64,000 nt of DNA, from positions 7,946,721-8,010,720 of the forward strand of contig MU058423.1 of assembly GCA_013265495.1 (NCBI GenBank), written 5' to 3'. The position numbers were made by a program, and so were the translations under genes. The notes under the pieces are model-generated. The model worked only from the letters and a program-made list of their open reading frames with translations. It had not been told where the DNA came from and ran no database searches. This document shows positions 38,963 through 53,324 of this stretch, piece by piece. Source of the stretch: Vicugna vicugna (Eukaryota). The first letter of the stretch is position 1. Every line of letters begins with the position of its first letter.

Positions 38963-41792
38963 TTTAACTTTTTTTAAAACTTTTAACACAATTGAATTCA
39001 TGTCCACTGTTCACATTGTGCAGGTGGAACCATAGGAAATTGTGCTTTCCTAAGTCTTCTTTACTTTAGGCTTTACCCATAAATTAAAGAAAAGTCACTT
39101 TAAGGGCCAAAGGACTGTGGCTTTCTGGAAGGAATTTATTTGTGGACAATGAAGTCATGGCCAGGTTAAAAAATCTATTTTTCAATATTGACAACTTGGA
39201 GGAACAACTGTTTCTCTCAAAAAATGGAATGAACTAACCGGTCATTTATGTTTATATCAGGGTCTAATGTCAAATTAAACTTACTATAGGTTTCAAAAAT
39301 CCCTTGTAACACACACTGCAAACATATAAATATATATTTTATATTACATCATGCATATAGCAAGAAACAGATAAAACTTGTTGAAAAATATAAAATGTCT
39401 CAAGGACTTCTAGAAAGGTGTACCTTAATTTTAAGGCTAAAGTAGGGTTTGACTTGATTTTACCTTGAGTATTTAACAAAGGGAAGGAGATTAGAAAACA
39501 GTTAAAGAATCAAAGAAATACGTAAGAACATCTTGTAGTATTCCACTTAATTGATAAGTAAACTTAAAGGATTCTAAAGTACTCTCAACGTCATTCTTAC
39601 TGTAATGGTTGTAATTTTTCGAATTACTATCCTGTAACTTTAAAATTGAACATCTTGCTGCATTTGACCTCAGTTAGACTGCCAGCTATTTTTAAAGGCT
39701 ATTCAGAAAAGTAAGCTTTTCAAATATTTTGACAGTTTTACGTCTTTTCAAATGACGTAGGTTGGAGTAGATATAAGTTTTTAAAATAGAGTCAGACCAA
39801 AATTTCAAAGAGTCAGTGACCTTTTTCTCTTCCTCTATAAGCATGTGAAAAGGTCAGATTCATTAACATGACTTTAGGACTAATAGATGTGGTTTTAGTC
39901 AGGACCTCAAAGAATATCTCAGAGTAGAAGTTCTCCTTTTTTATTTTATTTTAGTTTAGTTATTTTTGCTTAGAGAACAAGTGTGGGAGACATAAAGACA
40001 TAAAGTGGATTATTGAAACTTCTGAAATGACCCTCCTGTAGAAAAAAGTCAATTGAGTTTAAAAGGGAAAAGTCATTAAATCACATGAAACGATGTTGAC
40101 AACGTCATATGTTTCATCAGCAAACTTCCCAGTCACGTGCATTAAGTGCATTGCCGAGTTAGACTAACATTCCTCAATGCAGCTTCCGTCATTACACCAA
40201 ATGGTGAAGGACAGGTCATCGTGTTGTGAAGTTAGGAAATTTTCTCTTTACACCTCCCTTTTCAGAGCTCAATTAAATTTGGAACCCAATCCATCCCGCC
40301 CTTTGTGTCTCGGTGGCCTAGATTTGACTTTCTACCGTTGAACTTTATAAAACAAAAAAGTCCCTCTTATTAATGGCTCACATTTGCTGATCTGAGATTA
40401 ACTGCTTTTCACTGCAAAAGAGCATTTAGTTGATATGTATATAGATTTGTCTTTTGTATCAGAATATTTATATTTTTCCCCCATGGAAGTAATTTCAGGC
40501 TTCAGCGATTAGTAAATCTAATTTAATCCTTCTGTGATAACTATAGGAAGGGTGGAGTGAGGAGGAAGGTCTCCGAAATACATGGGCTCCCTGGGAAGAC
40601 AAACAGACCCGGCCGTTACTGCTGAAAACCTCTCCTGAGGAACAAGATGCTACGATATCCACCACCAGCTTCCCAAGACCTGCAGCTCCCCCTCCCTTCC
40701 CTCCAGACTCCCAGAACTCTCCTCCCCTTTCTGGAGAGTTCTCTTCTCCCCTAATCACCCCTTATCGCCAACACATGCATATTTTCTTTTCTGGTCCATT
40801 TGACACTGTTGTAATTCACTTAGTCTTTAATTATATTTCCTACTATAATACCCCTATTACGATGACTTGGAACATAGCCCCGTGCCTCTGATATTTATGG
40901 TTCCCATTTAGCTCTGCCTCTCCGAGAGAGTCCCAGTTTCAAGTATTCTGCCCTATTGTCCTCGTAAATGCATTCATACTTATCAAACCATCTGTCCTGA
41001 ATTTTGGTTTCTAAAATAATGCCTTGGTACTCTTGGCTGGAATTTGAATTTTTTTCTCATGGAAATAATACGATAAATGTTGGTAAGACTCCCAGGCAAG
41101 GCCTGAAGCTCATTTAACCAATAGCTGAATATAATACAGATAATATTAATGAATTATTTCTGTCAGTCTACCAGCCTACACTGATTTCAAGGTGGACAAC
41201 GAGAACATCTCAGTATTGTGGGCCACAGCGGGTGATGGGCTAACACTGAAGGAGAACAGGGCACTAATGGAAAGCAAGTCATGCTGCAAAAAAACACAAA
41301 CAACTGATATGGTGTATATGTGAGTGAGACTTCTCCAGATTACAAGAAACAAAGATGTATACAGTTCCTTTTAAATAATAAATGTTCATTACATGGATTG
41401 CCAGGGAAGCAAGCAGGAACAGAAAAGAAAATCCTAGTCACCAGAGAGCTGAAGTCATAAAAAAAATTTGAAGAGAATGAAACAACCAGCACGGGGGCCT
41501 CTCCAGACACAGCGACAGCTGCAGAGATCTGGCCTCCTCACGCCTCTGCAGCACTGCTCTGCTTTTAGGTGACTCAGCTATTCTTTATTTTGCTTCTTGC
41601 AACTTCTCTTATCGCTTCTTGATTCTTATGCTAGTCTGCACTAAAAACGCCCAAGTGAGAGATGCTATTGCTTTAGACTGTCTCCATCTAACACACTGAA
41701 GGCCACATCAGGGCCCCTGTCCCCTCAACAGACAACTGCCTTTAGGAATTCCACCGATCTTTAATCCAGTCTGTTGCAGTGAGGGTGCTAAA

Positions 41793-41895
41793 TTAGGGTG
41801 GCCGTATGTCTGGTTCGTCCTGGTTTGTCCCAGACAGTCTCAGCTTATACCTGTTATCATCGTGTCATTAGCAGCACTCCTTCCATTCTCAAAAG
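41793..41895. mobile_element. Short hAT-type MITE fragment (MER96-like)
   Basis: tagggtggccgtatgtc..ctggtttgtcccagacagtc. Confidence 0.45.
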
Positions 41896-43074
41896 GGTTC
41901 AGTTTGCGTTATAATTTATATAGTTTCTCTATGCAGAATCACATTGAACCAAAGCATGAAATTTGTAGGTCAGAAAATGCCTGCAGGAGGGGATGTACTG
42001 GCATCCACCCCAACCATCTGTCCAGTCCAGTCGGCTACTGCCTCAGCAAGGGCCAATCCAATAAATTGCTGGATTATGGGACTAATTCTTACCAATAACA
42101 TGCAACTCATCAGTTCTAGATGCAAACAATTATTACAGTCATTCAATTAATACATTTTTGTGCTGCATCTCTGTGTCCCAGGCACTGTTCTAGGCACTGC
42201 ATAACCACCAGTAAACAGAACACAAAAAATCCCTGCTCTTGTGGTGTTTACATAGTGGTTATGTATCTTCCTAATTGTAGCAGATATTTATTGAATATTT
42301 CTATATGCTGGGCATTCTCTTTCTCATATTAAATGTGCTACTTCATTGTGTCCTCAAAATAACCCCATGGAGTGGGCCCTATTTATTGCTGTCATTGCTG
42401 TCATCATCACCAAGGATTGAGCCACAGAGACTTAGAAATATGTCAAGGTGAGACAGTGAATGGCAGACCTAAGATTTCAACCCAGAAAGTCTAATTCTGA
42501 GCCCCTGCTCATGACTGCTATATTATTCTACTTCCCTGTTTGCAGAAAGTGTTATCTCCCTCCTGAGAACTTTCAAGGCTTGTAGAAGAATCCCAGGGTT
42601 TTAAAAGTCCAAGGGAGGCCAGCTCTACTTAAAATATTTTTTAAATGTCTGAACTGGAATGTGGGCAAGCTATTACTATCCTTGCTCTCTCTTGTCAACT
42701 TTCATCACTAACATGGGACGACTTAACAGATTTTCATCCATTTCTTCGAGAAGCCCTCGAGAACCAGTTGCTCATTGGTACCATATGCTCAAAGGTTACA
42801 TTTCTCTTAGGTCACAAGCACATGGTTAGTTATTGTTTCCCAAGTCAATACCCCATCAGCAGGACTGAGTTCTAAAGCATTTCTAGACTTACCCACACTT
42901 CGCTAAATCCAACTTTCCAGCCTGTAAACACTTAGGCTTTTGTCTTCCAACCAGGTTATCAGTCTAGATGCCACTTTTCCTGAAAAAAAAATTAATTTAA
43001 AAAATATATATATTTATATTCCTTCCTCAGGTTAGTTGTTGGTTGTCTATAAGATTATCACCAAGAACTAAATA

Positions 43075-43815
43075 ACTTTATGCCAGGAATGCAAGATTAG
43101 ATGAATATTTAAAAATTAATCAATATAACTCACATTAGCAGAATTAAGGAGAAAGTTTTTATAATCCTCTCAATAATTACAGAAAAAGCAACTGATAAAA
43201 CAGCATACACAATAAAAATCCCAGCAAACTAAGAATAGAACGGAATCACTTCAATTTGATAAAAGGTATCTATGCAAAACTTTTAGCTAACTTCTACAAT
43301 GATAAATTAATTAATATGTTTGCCCTAAAATCCAGAACACATTAAGAATGTCTGCTTTTATCCTTCCTTTTCAACATTGTAATGGAGGTTCTGGGAATGC
43401 AAGAAGGCAAGAACAAAAAAATAGGCATAATGATTTATTTTATAAAGAAGGAAGTAAAATTGCCCCTATTCCAAGACAATGTGAGTATTTATGTAGAAAA
43501 TCCTTAGGAATCTATAAAATTGTAATCAACTTTAAATTTAACAGGATTGTAGGACAACAGGTCAATATAAAAATATAATGGCAATTCAATAAAAAAGCAA
43601 TTTTATTTCTGTAAACTGGCAATCAAAATTAGGAAATAGATTTATGAAACAATAATGTTTAAAATAGCAACAAAAGCCCCCAAAATTTAGGAATTTTTAT
43701 TAATGTGCAAGACCTCTACACTAAATAAAATTTTTTAAAAGAGACAAATAAAGAAGACTTAAATAAATGAAGAGATAAGCTATGTTAATGGATATTATTA
43801 AGATATAAATAATCT
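43075..43815 (+). mobile_element. Old L1 ORF2 (RT region) fragment
   Basis: ccaggaatgcaagattag..ttcaacattgtaatggaggttct..gtgcaagacctctacact. Confidence 0.8.
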
Positions 43816-44374
43816 CTGCACTACCAGTGGGCAGTTAGGCAGAGTTTGTTAAAGAAGATACACAGGACTCAGAAGGGAAAGGCTCACAAATCTACATCGT
43901 ACTGCACGGAAACCATGTAATGCAACATCCATTTTAAGGGGCTTTCAGCCACTTCAAGCATTCTAGAGAGGCTAACTGAAAGCTCAAATTGTCCACCCCC
44001 TATGAGATTCACAGGGAACCACACATTCTCTCTTGTATCAGAAACCATCAAAATGTTCAAGGAATATCTCAGAACCAGAAAGTCTGAAGTGAAATCTCAA
44101 CTGTGATTTCTTATACCCTGTTGGTCACTTAGAGATTTATGCTATGTAACCAGCCCCCAAAACAGAGCCCTCCCAGGGTCTCACTGAGACCAGATGCCAG
44201 CCATCTAGTTCACTATTGTCACTATTATTAAATAATGCTAAAAAACTGGTACAACCTTGAAATTCCTTGGGTTCATGACTACAAAGCAAAACTATTAATC
44301 AGTATGTTTCATGCCTTAACCAAACGTCAATCAGTGCAGATCCTTTATTCTTGGGGGCTGCAGGGGAGCCTTTT

Positions 44375-46035
44375 TTTATTATAATTTTTAAACTCTTTAA
44401 GTTAAAGTATAGTTGATTTACAACGTTTACACCAAAGTGATTCAGTTATACATATATATTCTTTTTCAGATCCTTTTCCATTATATGTTATTGCAATATA
44501 TTGAACATAGCTACCTGTGGTAACAGTAGGTACTTGTTGTTTATTTTATACATAGTAGTGTGTATCTGTTAATCTCAAATTCCCAATTTATCTCTTTCCC
44601 CTCCTTTCTCCTTTGGTACCCATAAGTTTGTTTTGTATGTCTGTGAGTCTCTTTCTGTTTTGTAAATAAGTTCATTTGTATCAATTTTTTTAGGCTCCAC
44701 ATGTAAGTGATATCATGTGATATTTGTCTTTGTCTATATTAATTATTTCATTTAGTATGATAATCTCTAGGTCCATCCATGTTGCTGCAAATGGCATTAT
44801 TTCATTCTTTTTTATGGCTGAGTAATGCTCTATATATATATATATATGTATTTCACATCTTCTTTATCCATTCATCTGTTAATAGACATTTAGGTTACTT
44901 CCATGTTTTGGCTATTGGCTATTGTAAATAGTGCTGCTATGAACATCGGGATCCATGTATTTTTTTGAATTAGAATTTTCATCTTTTCCAATATATGCCC
45001 AGGAGTGAGATTGCTAGATCATATGGTAAATCTGTGTTTAGTTTTTTAAGGAACCTCCACATTGTTCTCCATAGTGGCTGCACCAATTTACATTCCCACC
45101 AACACTGTAGGAGGGTTCTCTTTTCTCCACACCCTTTCCAGCATTATTTGTAGACTTTTCGATGATGGCCATTCTGACTGGTGTGAGGTGGGACCTTATT
45201 GTAGTTTTGATTTTCATTTCTCTAATAATTAGCAATGTTGAGCATCTTCTCACGTGCCTGTTAGCCATCTGTATGTCTTCTTTGGACAAATGTCTATTTA
45301 GGTCTGCTGCCCATTTTTTCATTGGGTTGTTTGTTTTTCTAATATTAAGCTGTATGAGCTGTTTGTATATTTTGGAAAATTAATCCCTTGTCAGTTGCAA
45401 ATAATTTGCAAATATTTTCTCCCACTCTGTAGATTGTCTCTTTGTTTTGTTTATGGTTTTCTTTGCTGTGTAAAAGCATTTAAGTATAATTAGGTACCAT
45501 TTGTTTATTTTTGATTTTGCTGTCATTACTCTAGGAGACAGATCAAGAAAATATATTGCTGCAATTTATGTCAAACAGTGTTCTGTTTTCTTTCAGCAGT
45601 TTTAGAGTATCTGGTCTTACATTTAGGTCTTTAATACATTTTGAGTTTATTTTTGTATTTGGTGTTAGAAATTGTTTTAATTTCATTCTTTACATGCAGC
45701 TGCCCAGTTTTCCCAGCACTATTTATTGAAGAGACTATCTTTTCTCCATTGTGTATTATTGCCTCCTTTGTCATAGACTATTTGACCATAAGTGTATAGG
45801 CTTATTTCTGGGCTTTCTGTCCTATTCCATTGATCTTTGTGTCTGTTTTTGTGCCAGTACCATACTGTTTTGATTATTGTAGCTTTGTAGTATAGTCTGA
45901 AGTCAGGGAGCAGTCTAGCTCTGTTCTTCTTCCTCAAGATTGTTTTGGCTATTCAAGTTCTTTTGTGTTTCCTTACAAATTTTAAATTTTTTTCTTCCAG
46001 TCCTGTGAAAAATGCTATTGGTAATTTGATAGGGA
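44375..46035 (-). mobile_element. L1 3' portion (ORF2 C-terminus + 3'UTR), relatively young
   Basis: ORFs [24 protein letters not shown] and [22 protein letters not shown] are canonical L1 ORF2p. Confidence 0.95.
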
Positions 46036-46560
46036 TCAGTGAAGGTACTTTAGCAGAATATCTTAGGCCAAATCTAGAGCTTCTGGAATTAACCTCCATG
46101 GCAAAATCCCTCAACAGAGCTGCAATCAACACTATCTCCATCAAAATCCTAGGAGATATTTTTGTTGAAATTGAGACACACTCTAAAATATATACAGAAA
46201 TTCAACAACCTAGAAATAAAACAATATTAGTAGAGATGACTAGGTCAATGAAATAAAATGGAATCCAGATATAGGCTCTCACAAATACGATTAATTGATT
46301 CTTGACAAAGACACCAGGACAATTCACATTTCTCCCTATTTCCCCCATTAAGTAGAGCTAAAAATACCAAAACAAAACATGAGAAGTTGAGGAACAACAA
46401 TTGGTGAATTTTCTGGGCTTAATTTTGTCTAATATATTCCACATGGGGTGTTAGAGAAGCCAGAAAACCTGAAAACACCAACAGAAACAGACAAAAAATG
46501 CATCCTAAAAGTCTATTACCTCCAACCAAAGGACTAGGAAAGGGTAGTCTAGCCTTTGTT

Positions 46561-46615
46561 ACTGATTGATTGAATGATTGATTGATCGATAGATCAATTG
46601 ATTAGTTGACTGATT
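46561..46615. repeat. Degenerate (ATTG)n repeat
   Basis: Direct reading. Confidence 0.8.
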
Positions 46616-46788
46616 CTTATTTTCTCTCTGCTGTTCAGATTGGGTAATCTTTGTACCCTCACCTGGGTATAATGAGGTACTCATAGACCCCACTCCAACC
46701 CAGTGGGGTGGTGTCAGAGAAAGCAGAGTGTTGGGACTTTTAATTAAATAGTGAGCAGAGCCTTGGTACTCATGTGATGGTAAGTCTC

Positions 46789-46832
46789 TAATACATGTCA
46801 TCAAAGTCCCAAATACATGTCATCAAAGTCCC
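46789..46832. repeat. 22-bp tandem duplication (aatacatgtcatcaaagtccca x2)
   Basis: Direct reading. Confidence 0.9.
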
Positions 46833-47529
46833 AGAAGGAGAGGTGAAAGAGAATAGGACTGAAAAAAATTAGAAGATATAAAGCCTGAAAATTCCCTAAA
46901 TTGGCCTTCTCCTCTCCTTAGTGATGTTTTATGATTGAAGCAAAAATTATGACATTGAAAAAAATGAATTTGAAGTGGTTGGAACAGCTGGGCCAATAAA
47001 CTTCCCGAATAAAAATTATCTCATCCTTAGTGAGAATACTGTAGCCCAGAACCAGACTGCCTGGGTTTGGATTTCAGCTCTCTGTCATTATCTGTGTGAT
47101 GATAGACATGTTACTTAGTTTTTCTGAGACTCTTTCTTTTTCTGTAAAATAATAATAATAACAATGCTTACCTCAAAGAATGGTTGTGAGGATCAAATAC
47201 AATAATGCATATAAAGTGTTCATTGGCACAAGGTGAGTGCCAGATTAACAGAAAGCATTATTTTTTGTTATTATTATCATAGACTTTTTTCTAAGCATAT
47301 AGAAACCTTTTTATATACTGTGCATATAAGTATACAGTATATATATAAATATACAGTATACATATATAAATATATCTTTTTAAAATAAGAAGCTGGGGTA
47401 AGAAAGATTTCAGCTAAATGACTTAACATGATAAATTGTTGTGTTAAGATACTGAAAATCAGGTAATTTTTTTCTCTTTTCAATATTCCAATTTTAAAGT
47501 GATTATACATTTAATAAAAATAAATTTGT

Positions 47530-48950
47530 AATGATTTCCTTCTTAAAATGAACCTCAGCTCCTACTTCATATCATACATAAAATGACAAACAAAACAGTA
47601 AGCCAGAAAGAGAAAGAAAAATACCATATGAGATTGCTCATACGTGGTATCTAAAAAAAAAAGAACGTAAGTACAAAACAGAAACAGACTCACAGACATA
47701 GAATACAAACTTGTGGTTGCCAAGGGGGTGGGAGTTGGGAAGGGACAGACTGGAATTTCAAAATTTGTACAAGATCTTGTGGTAGCTCACAGCGAAAAAA
47801 AAAATGTGACAATGAATATATGTATGTTCATGTATAACTGAAAAAAAAAGTAAAAAAAGAAAATATATATATATATAAAGCCTCTAGAAAATAATAAAAA
47901 AATCTTTACATCTTCAGGTAGGCAAAAATTTCCTATACACAAAATAACATGATGATGCAAAATATACTAACCATATAAAATAATAAGTTAGACTTCATCA
48001 AAACATAAAACTTCTACTCTTCAAGAAACACTATTAAGAAAATGAAAATGTTAAGCTACACAATGGGAAAAAATATTTGCAAAACATACATGTAATCAAA
48101 CATTTCTATCTGGAATTTATAAAGAAAGCTCAACAGTAAAAAGATAGCTAACCAAAAAAAAAAAAGTTGAACAAACACTTCATAAGATAAGATATTCCAA
48201 TGTGTAAAAGCACATGAAAAAATTCTCAATCTCATTAATAATCAGATAAATGCCTATTAAAACTAGTGTAAGGTACTGCTTAACACCCACCCGGGGAGCT
48301 AAAATTCAAGACTGACAATACCAGGCATTGGTGAGGATGCAAAACAATTTGAACCGTTATACGTTACTGCCATATGGGGAGAGTGAAATGGTACTCACTT
48401 GGGAAGACAGCTTGGCAGTGTCATACGTAAACCTACCCTATGACCCAGCACATCCACTTCTAAGTGTTTACCGACAAGAAAGGAAAAGCACATATTCTCA
48501 AGAAGACATATTTAAGAATGTAGTAGCAACTTTTTTCATAGTATCCAAACACTGGAAACAATAAAAATGCCAATCAACAGAAGAATAGAGAAAACATTAT
48601 AGTCATATAATGGAATACTCCTTCACAACGAAAAGGAACAAACTACTAAAACACACAAGAACCTGAGTAACTATTAAGAACATTGTATTTAGTAAAACAA
48701 ACGATATGCAACGAGCACACGCTGTATGATTCCAGTTATATAGAGTTCTAAAAAGGGCACAACTGATTTATGGAGATAAAGGTCAAAACAGTGGTGCCTC
48801 TTGAGGGAGCGATAATCCAATGGAAAAAAAGTCAAGGGAGTTTACTGTAATGATGAAATATTCCACATCTTAATTACAGTGGTGTTTCTAAGTGTATATA
48901 TTTGTCAAAACTCATACTGTACAATTAAAACATGCATATTTGATTTCACA
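47530..48950 (+). mobile_element. Old L1 3' fragment with a nested younger L1 3' end (~47595-47870)
   Basis: NLPYDPAHPLL..VATFFIVSKHWKQ; 3'UTR text. Confidence 0.85.
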
Positions 48951-51900
48951 TATATTATACCCATAAAAACTCTAAAAGTAATATTTTATATAAGTATTCA
49001 GTGTCATGAATATAAGTTTTTGATATAGTGTTAAGTGTCAAATAAATAGAAAATACTAGCTGTACAGGGACCATGCTTACAAATGTCCATGAAAGGGAGA
49101 ACTCACTAGGAAAAAACATCAAAATATTAGTAATGATTGCTTCATTTTGCCAATTGCAAAATAGCATAATTACTGTGCCTGGAGATTCATATCCATGTCC
49201 GATGCCTTCTGGTTTTATGATTCCTTGTTGCTGACTCTGTCTCCCCTTCTCTTTGCTTCCTGGACTCTGGCCCCTCCCAGTAACCATGGGGGTCTCAGGA
49301 ATTAAAAAATATATACGGCTATAGAAAGATTGTACGTATCAATGGCCTCATTTTAAGTGACTGAACATAATTCAGTAGATTTTTTTTCCTCAAACTGCCT
49401 CCCCAAAATGCAAAATTATACAGTCGTAGACTGCAGTCACTCTATGCCCAAGGACATGCCTGTTCTACTCCCCGTGTGTGATACCACTTTGGCAATCCTA
49501 ATATGAGATTACTTTTTATCATCCTATCAATAATCTGCAAAATTTTGTGGCTAAAACCTTGACCATTCACTTTACTTTCTCTTTCTAACTCAAAGATTTC
49601 TCTGCATATGGAACTATCCCCAACAAGCTTGACCCACAATTCATTTACACTACAGCTGAACGCTTCATAGTGAACAGAACGAATACTAAAATAAGTCAAC
49701 TTATTCTAGAATTTTGCAAATGGAGAATTCATCGTTGGAGAGAAATTAATGATACATGCCAACTCCCAACATTGAACAAATATTAATTAAACTCGTGATA
49801 CAAGGGGATACAAAAGTATGCAAAACAGCCCGAACTTCAAGAAATCTATGACATGGCAAAGAAGACGTACATGTAAAGTGGTTAAGTTTTTGCTAATATT
49901 TCCTGACTGTTGACTTAAGTGTCTTTAAGCACGTGCCTAAAGCACGTGACCTCTGTTGTTTAATCGTCAAAGCAGTACAGGGGTAGTTATGATCATCATT
50001 CCCATTATTACAAATAAGTGATCTGATATTCAGAGGTTGAGTAACTTATTCAAGATCACATAGCTAGAAACCAGAAAATCCAGAATCAAAACTTCAGCAA
50101 TCTCACTCCAAAGGCTGTGCTGTAAATCCCTACACCATTAAAATATGCAAGCCAATGCCAGTCTTTCTTAATCTTCTTTTTAATCCTTTAAATCTTTTAA
50201 AGTTAATTTTTAAATTTAATTAAACCTTTTAAAAGTTTTCTATCCTTGTCACGTAGTGTTGCTAGCATAACAATTACTGATAAATATTTTGTGATATGAA
50301 TTAGGCTATTTATTATTAAGTCACAATAAACAATTCATTAAACACCTACAAGTAGTAGGCTCTATGCTATCTACTTTATATTTGGTATCCAGTTTAATCC
50401 TCACAGCAGCCTATGACATCATTATTATTAAACCATTATTGCCAAGTTGAAAAATGCATCCAAGGGCTTCTCAACTAGTAAGAGGTACAGCTGATATTTG
50501 TACCCAGTCTGATATCAAGACTGATATTTCCTTTCCACCACACTAATGTGTTCTGAGACATTAGCAAATTGATAAAGTATTTATATCTCAAAATAAGAAC
50601 TCATTCATATGATGTTGTCTGGAGTTGAGCCAGCATTAACAGCATGAAGTGTCCCTGTGTCTGACTCGTGTGAGGTCACTTGTAGCTGACGCAGATCTAC
50701 TTCTTTATTGCTAACGTTGCCCTGGGGGAACTCTTTCAGGAACTGCCAGAAGTGTTTCTTCTCCAACGTCTGATCTTATCCTCACCTGATCTGAAAGATA
50801 CAAGGCAATTCCCTTCTCTCTCTCAAGTTCCCTGCCTCAGCTAAATTTTCCTGTTCTGAGAATAAAGACGCAGCTAATATCTTGTTGGAAATTGAGAGAC
50901 AAATCTCACACTGCCTCCCCCAAAGCTAAGTCCAAGTGGAACAATTCTTCCCCTAACTGAAGTATTTTCACCTAATTAAGTGGGAAATTAGAGCTTCTCT
51001 CTTCTCAGCTAATTTTCCTAACCCTAAGTTGTTCATTATTCATTAAAACCGGCCAGAAACTGTACTCACTTTAGCTCTCTGGAGACTTTTCCTCCTCTGT
51101 CTCAAAGTAGAAAGAAATAATTACCGTAAACTAACTTTTATCTTTTGTCCAGCAGTGTGTGTAGGAGACAGCTAGTCCCTCCATGGTGTTTACTGCGGGC
51201 CTCGGCTTCACAAAGAGAAACAAGGCTGACAGATAAAGGCTCAAATCCACACCGTCACCTATTCTTTATATGGTATTAGGCCAGATTATCTAGTAACACT
51301 TCCTTCATCTACAAAGTGAAAATGGTATTATTCCATAGTACCTGCCTCACACAACTGTCGTAGGGCTACAACCACAATGCATGTATGGTGCTCAGCACAA
51401 GTTCTGGCATAAAATGTGTGTATTCAAAAATATTAGTGCCTCTCCCCTTTTCACCCTTTTATGCATGCAGCTAAACTAAATTTTGTGTGTTTCCAGTCCA
51501 AAGCTATCAGCTAGTGAATTCAACCTTAGCTTTTTTCAGTCAACATTCTTTTCTGAAAGCCTTTAAACATTAACGGAATATTTAAACAGTTATGGCTTCC
51601 TTTCAAATCCAAACCAGCAATGATAGCATGGAAACCAAATTGGTGGGTAACATGAAATCAGAGAGAAAGCCAACATGCTGAGTGCTAGATTTGGGAACCA
51701 AAAAGCAGTCCATCAAATCTAATTATGGGCTGAATCTAACTAGAATTTAGCATGGTTAAATAAATCTGGAGCACTAGTACGAAAATAAAGTAGCACATAC
51801 ATCACATTTGAGGGTTTAACTTTCTATAAGATTAATCAGGATCAACAATCTATGTGTACTTTAATACACACTAAAAAGAAACATGTTAATAAGGTGTTTG

Positions 51901-53324
51901 GTCTACTTTCATTTATCTTCAAAATGTGGAGGTTTATTATTCTTTTTCTGCATTATTGAGTATAAAGTATCAGAACAAGGAGATTATCCTATTTTATCCT
52001 GAGCTAAGTGGAATACATTTAGATGTAGTTTGGGGTATTAGAATGAACAAGATTTTGGAACAGTAAAACTACTGCTAAAAAGAGATTCTGAGAGGGTGGG
52101 AGCATTAAATCCAACAGAGTATGAGCTGTGGTTGACATCACAGAGGAGAGGGAAGGCTCATATGGACATGATAATTGACCTCACATATTATGCCGAAGAG
52201 AAATTAAACTTTTTTTTCTTTGTGCCCCAAGGGGCAACACAAAAAACAATGAGTATAATTTTCTAGGAGCTAGATTTCATTTCAATATAAGGAAAAGTTT
52301 CTTAACAATTTTATCTATTATTAAACTCAGCAGACTATCTTATAAAAAAGTTCAAATCACTGGTGGTTTTTAAACAAAAGCATTGGAGTTTTCTGTTATC
52401 AGAAAATGACCTTCAGTGTGTCATCTAAAACTAAAAGTCTCTTATTTTAGGGTATTTTTTTTCAGCCTTATCATCCTTATCATACTGAATATCAGGATAT
52501 TCAGTAAACACATATACTCTGAAAGTGAGCCTAGAGTAGGAGAGTGTGACACTGTGATAGATGCTAAATGAGCCCCCTCTACACATCATATATTTTGCTT
52601 AAAATTATTTTCTGATCTTTTTTATTGTTAATCCATCACCTAACAAGTGATAATAATGTTCACAATGGCAAACATATACCGAGTTCTTACTATGAGGTAA
52701 ACCCAATGCAAATACTCTTTATGGATTATTCCATTTAATCCTCAATACACCTCTAGCATTTTAACGTACACATACTCCTAACTCTATTCAGTGTTGTTGC
52801 TATACTCATTTTACAGATGAAGAAGCAAAGAAATTAAGTATAACATTATTTTTATACTCAATATGTTTGATGTATAGAGTATACATTGGGAGACATAGAG
52901 TAAAAGTCTAATGTCTGTTTGGCAGAATATATGAGGCCAATTACATTGTCCCACAATTCAGTAACATAAGCAATAACTGGAAATATCAAGACACTCAGAT
53001 CGCATTCAGGACACTAAAACTCTGAAGTCCAACATCTCCATTTATGTATGTTTTACCTAACAGACACAAGGGCACTGAGGGAATCACCAATTTTTTTTTT
53101 CTGTTACTGAAAATCTAAAAACAAAATTTTGACTTTCAAAAGAAAAAATTATTCTCTAACTAGTTTTCTAGACAAAATTTATTGATTTTTGCCTTACAGA
53201 TGTTAATGACCACTAATAAATTTTGGTAATGATCTAACAGATGCTGATGACCTAACAGATAACCTAACAGGGGTCTGAGAGAGGTAAAGAAATTGATCTC
53301 TTGATTGATTGAGAACTACACCTA

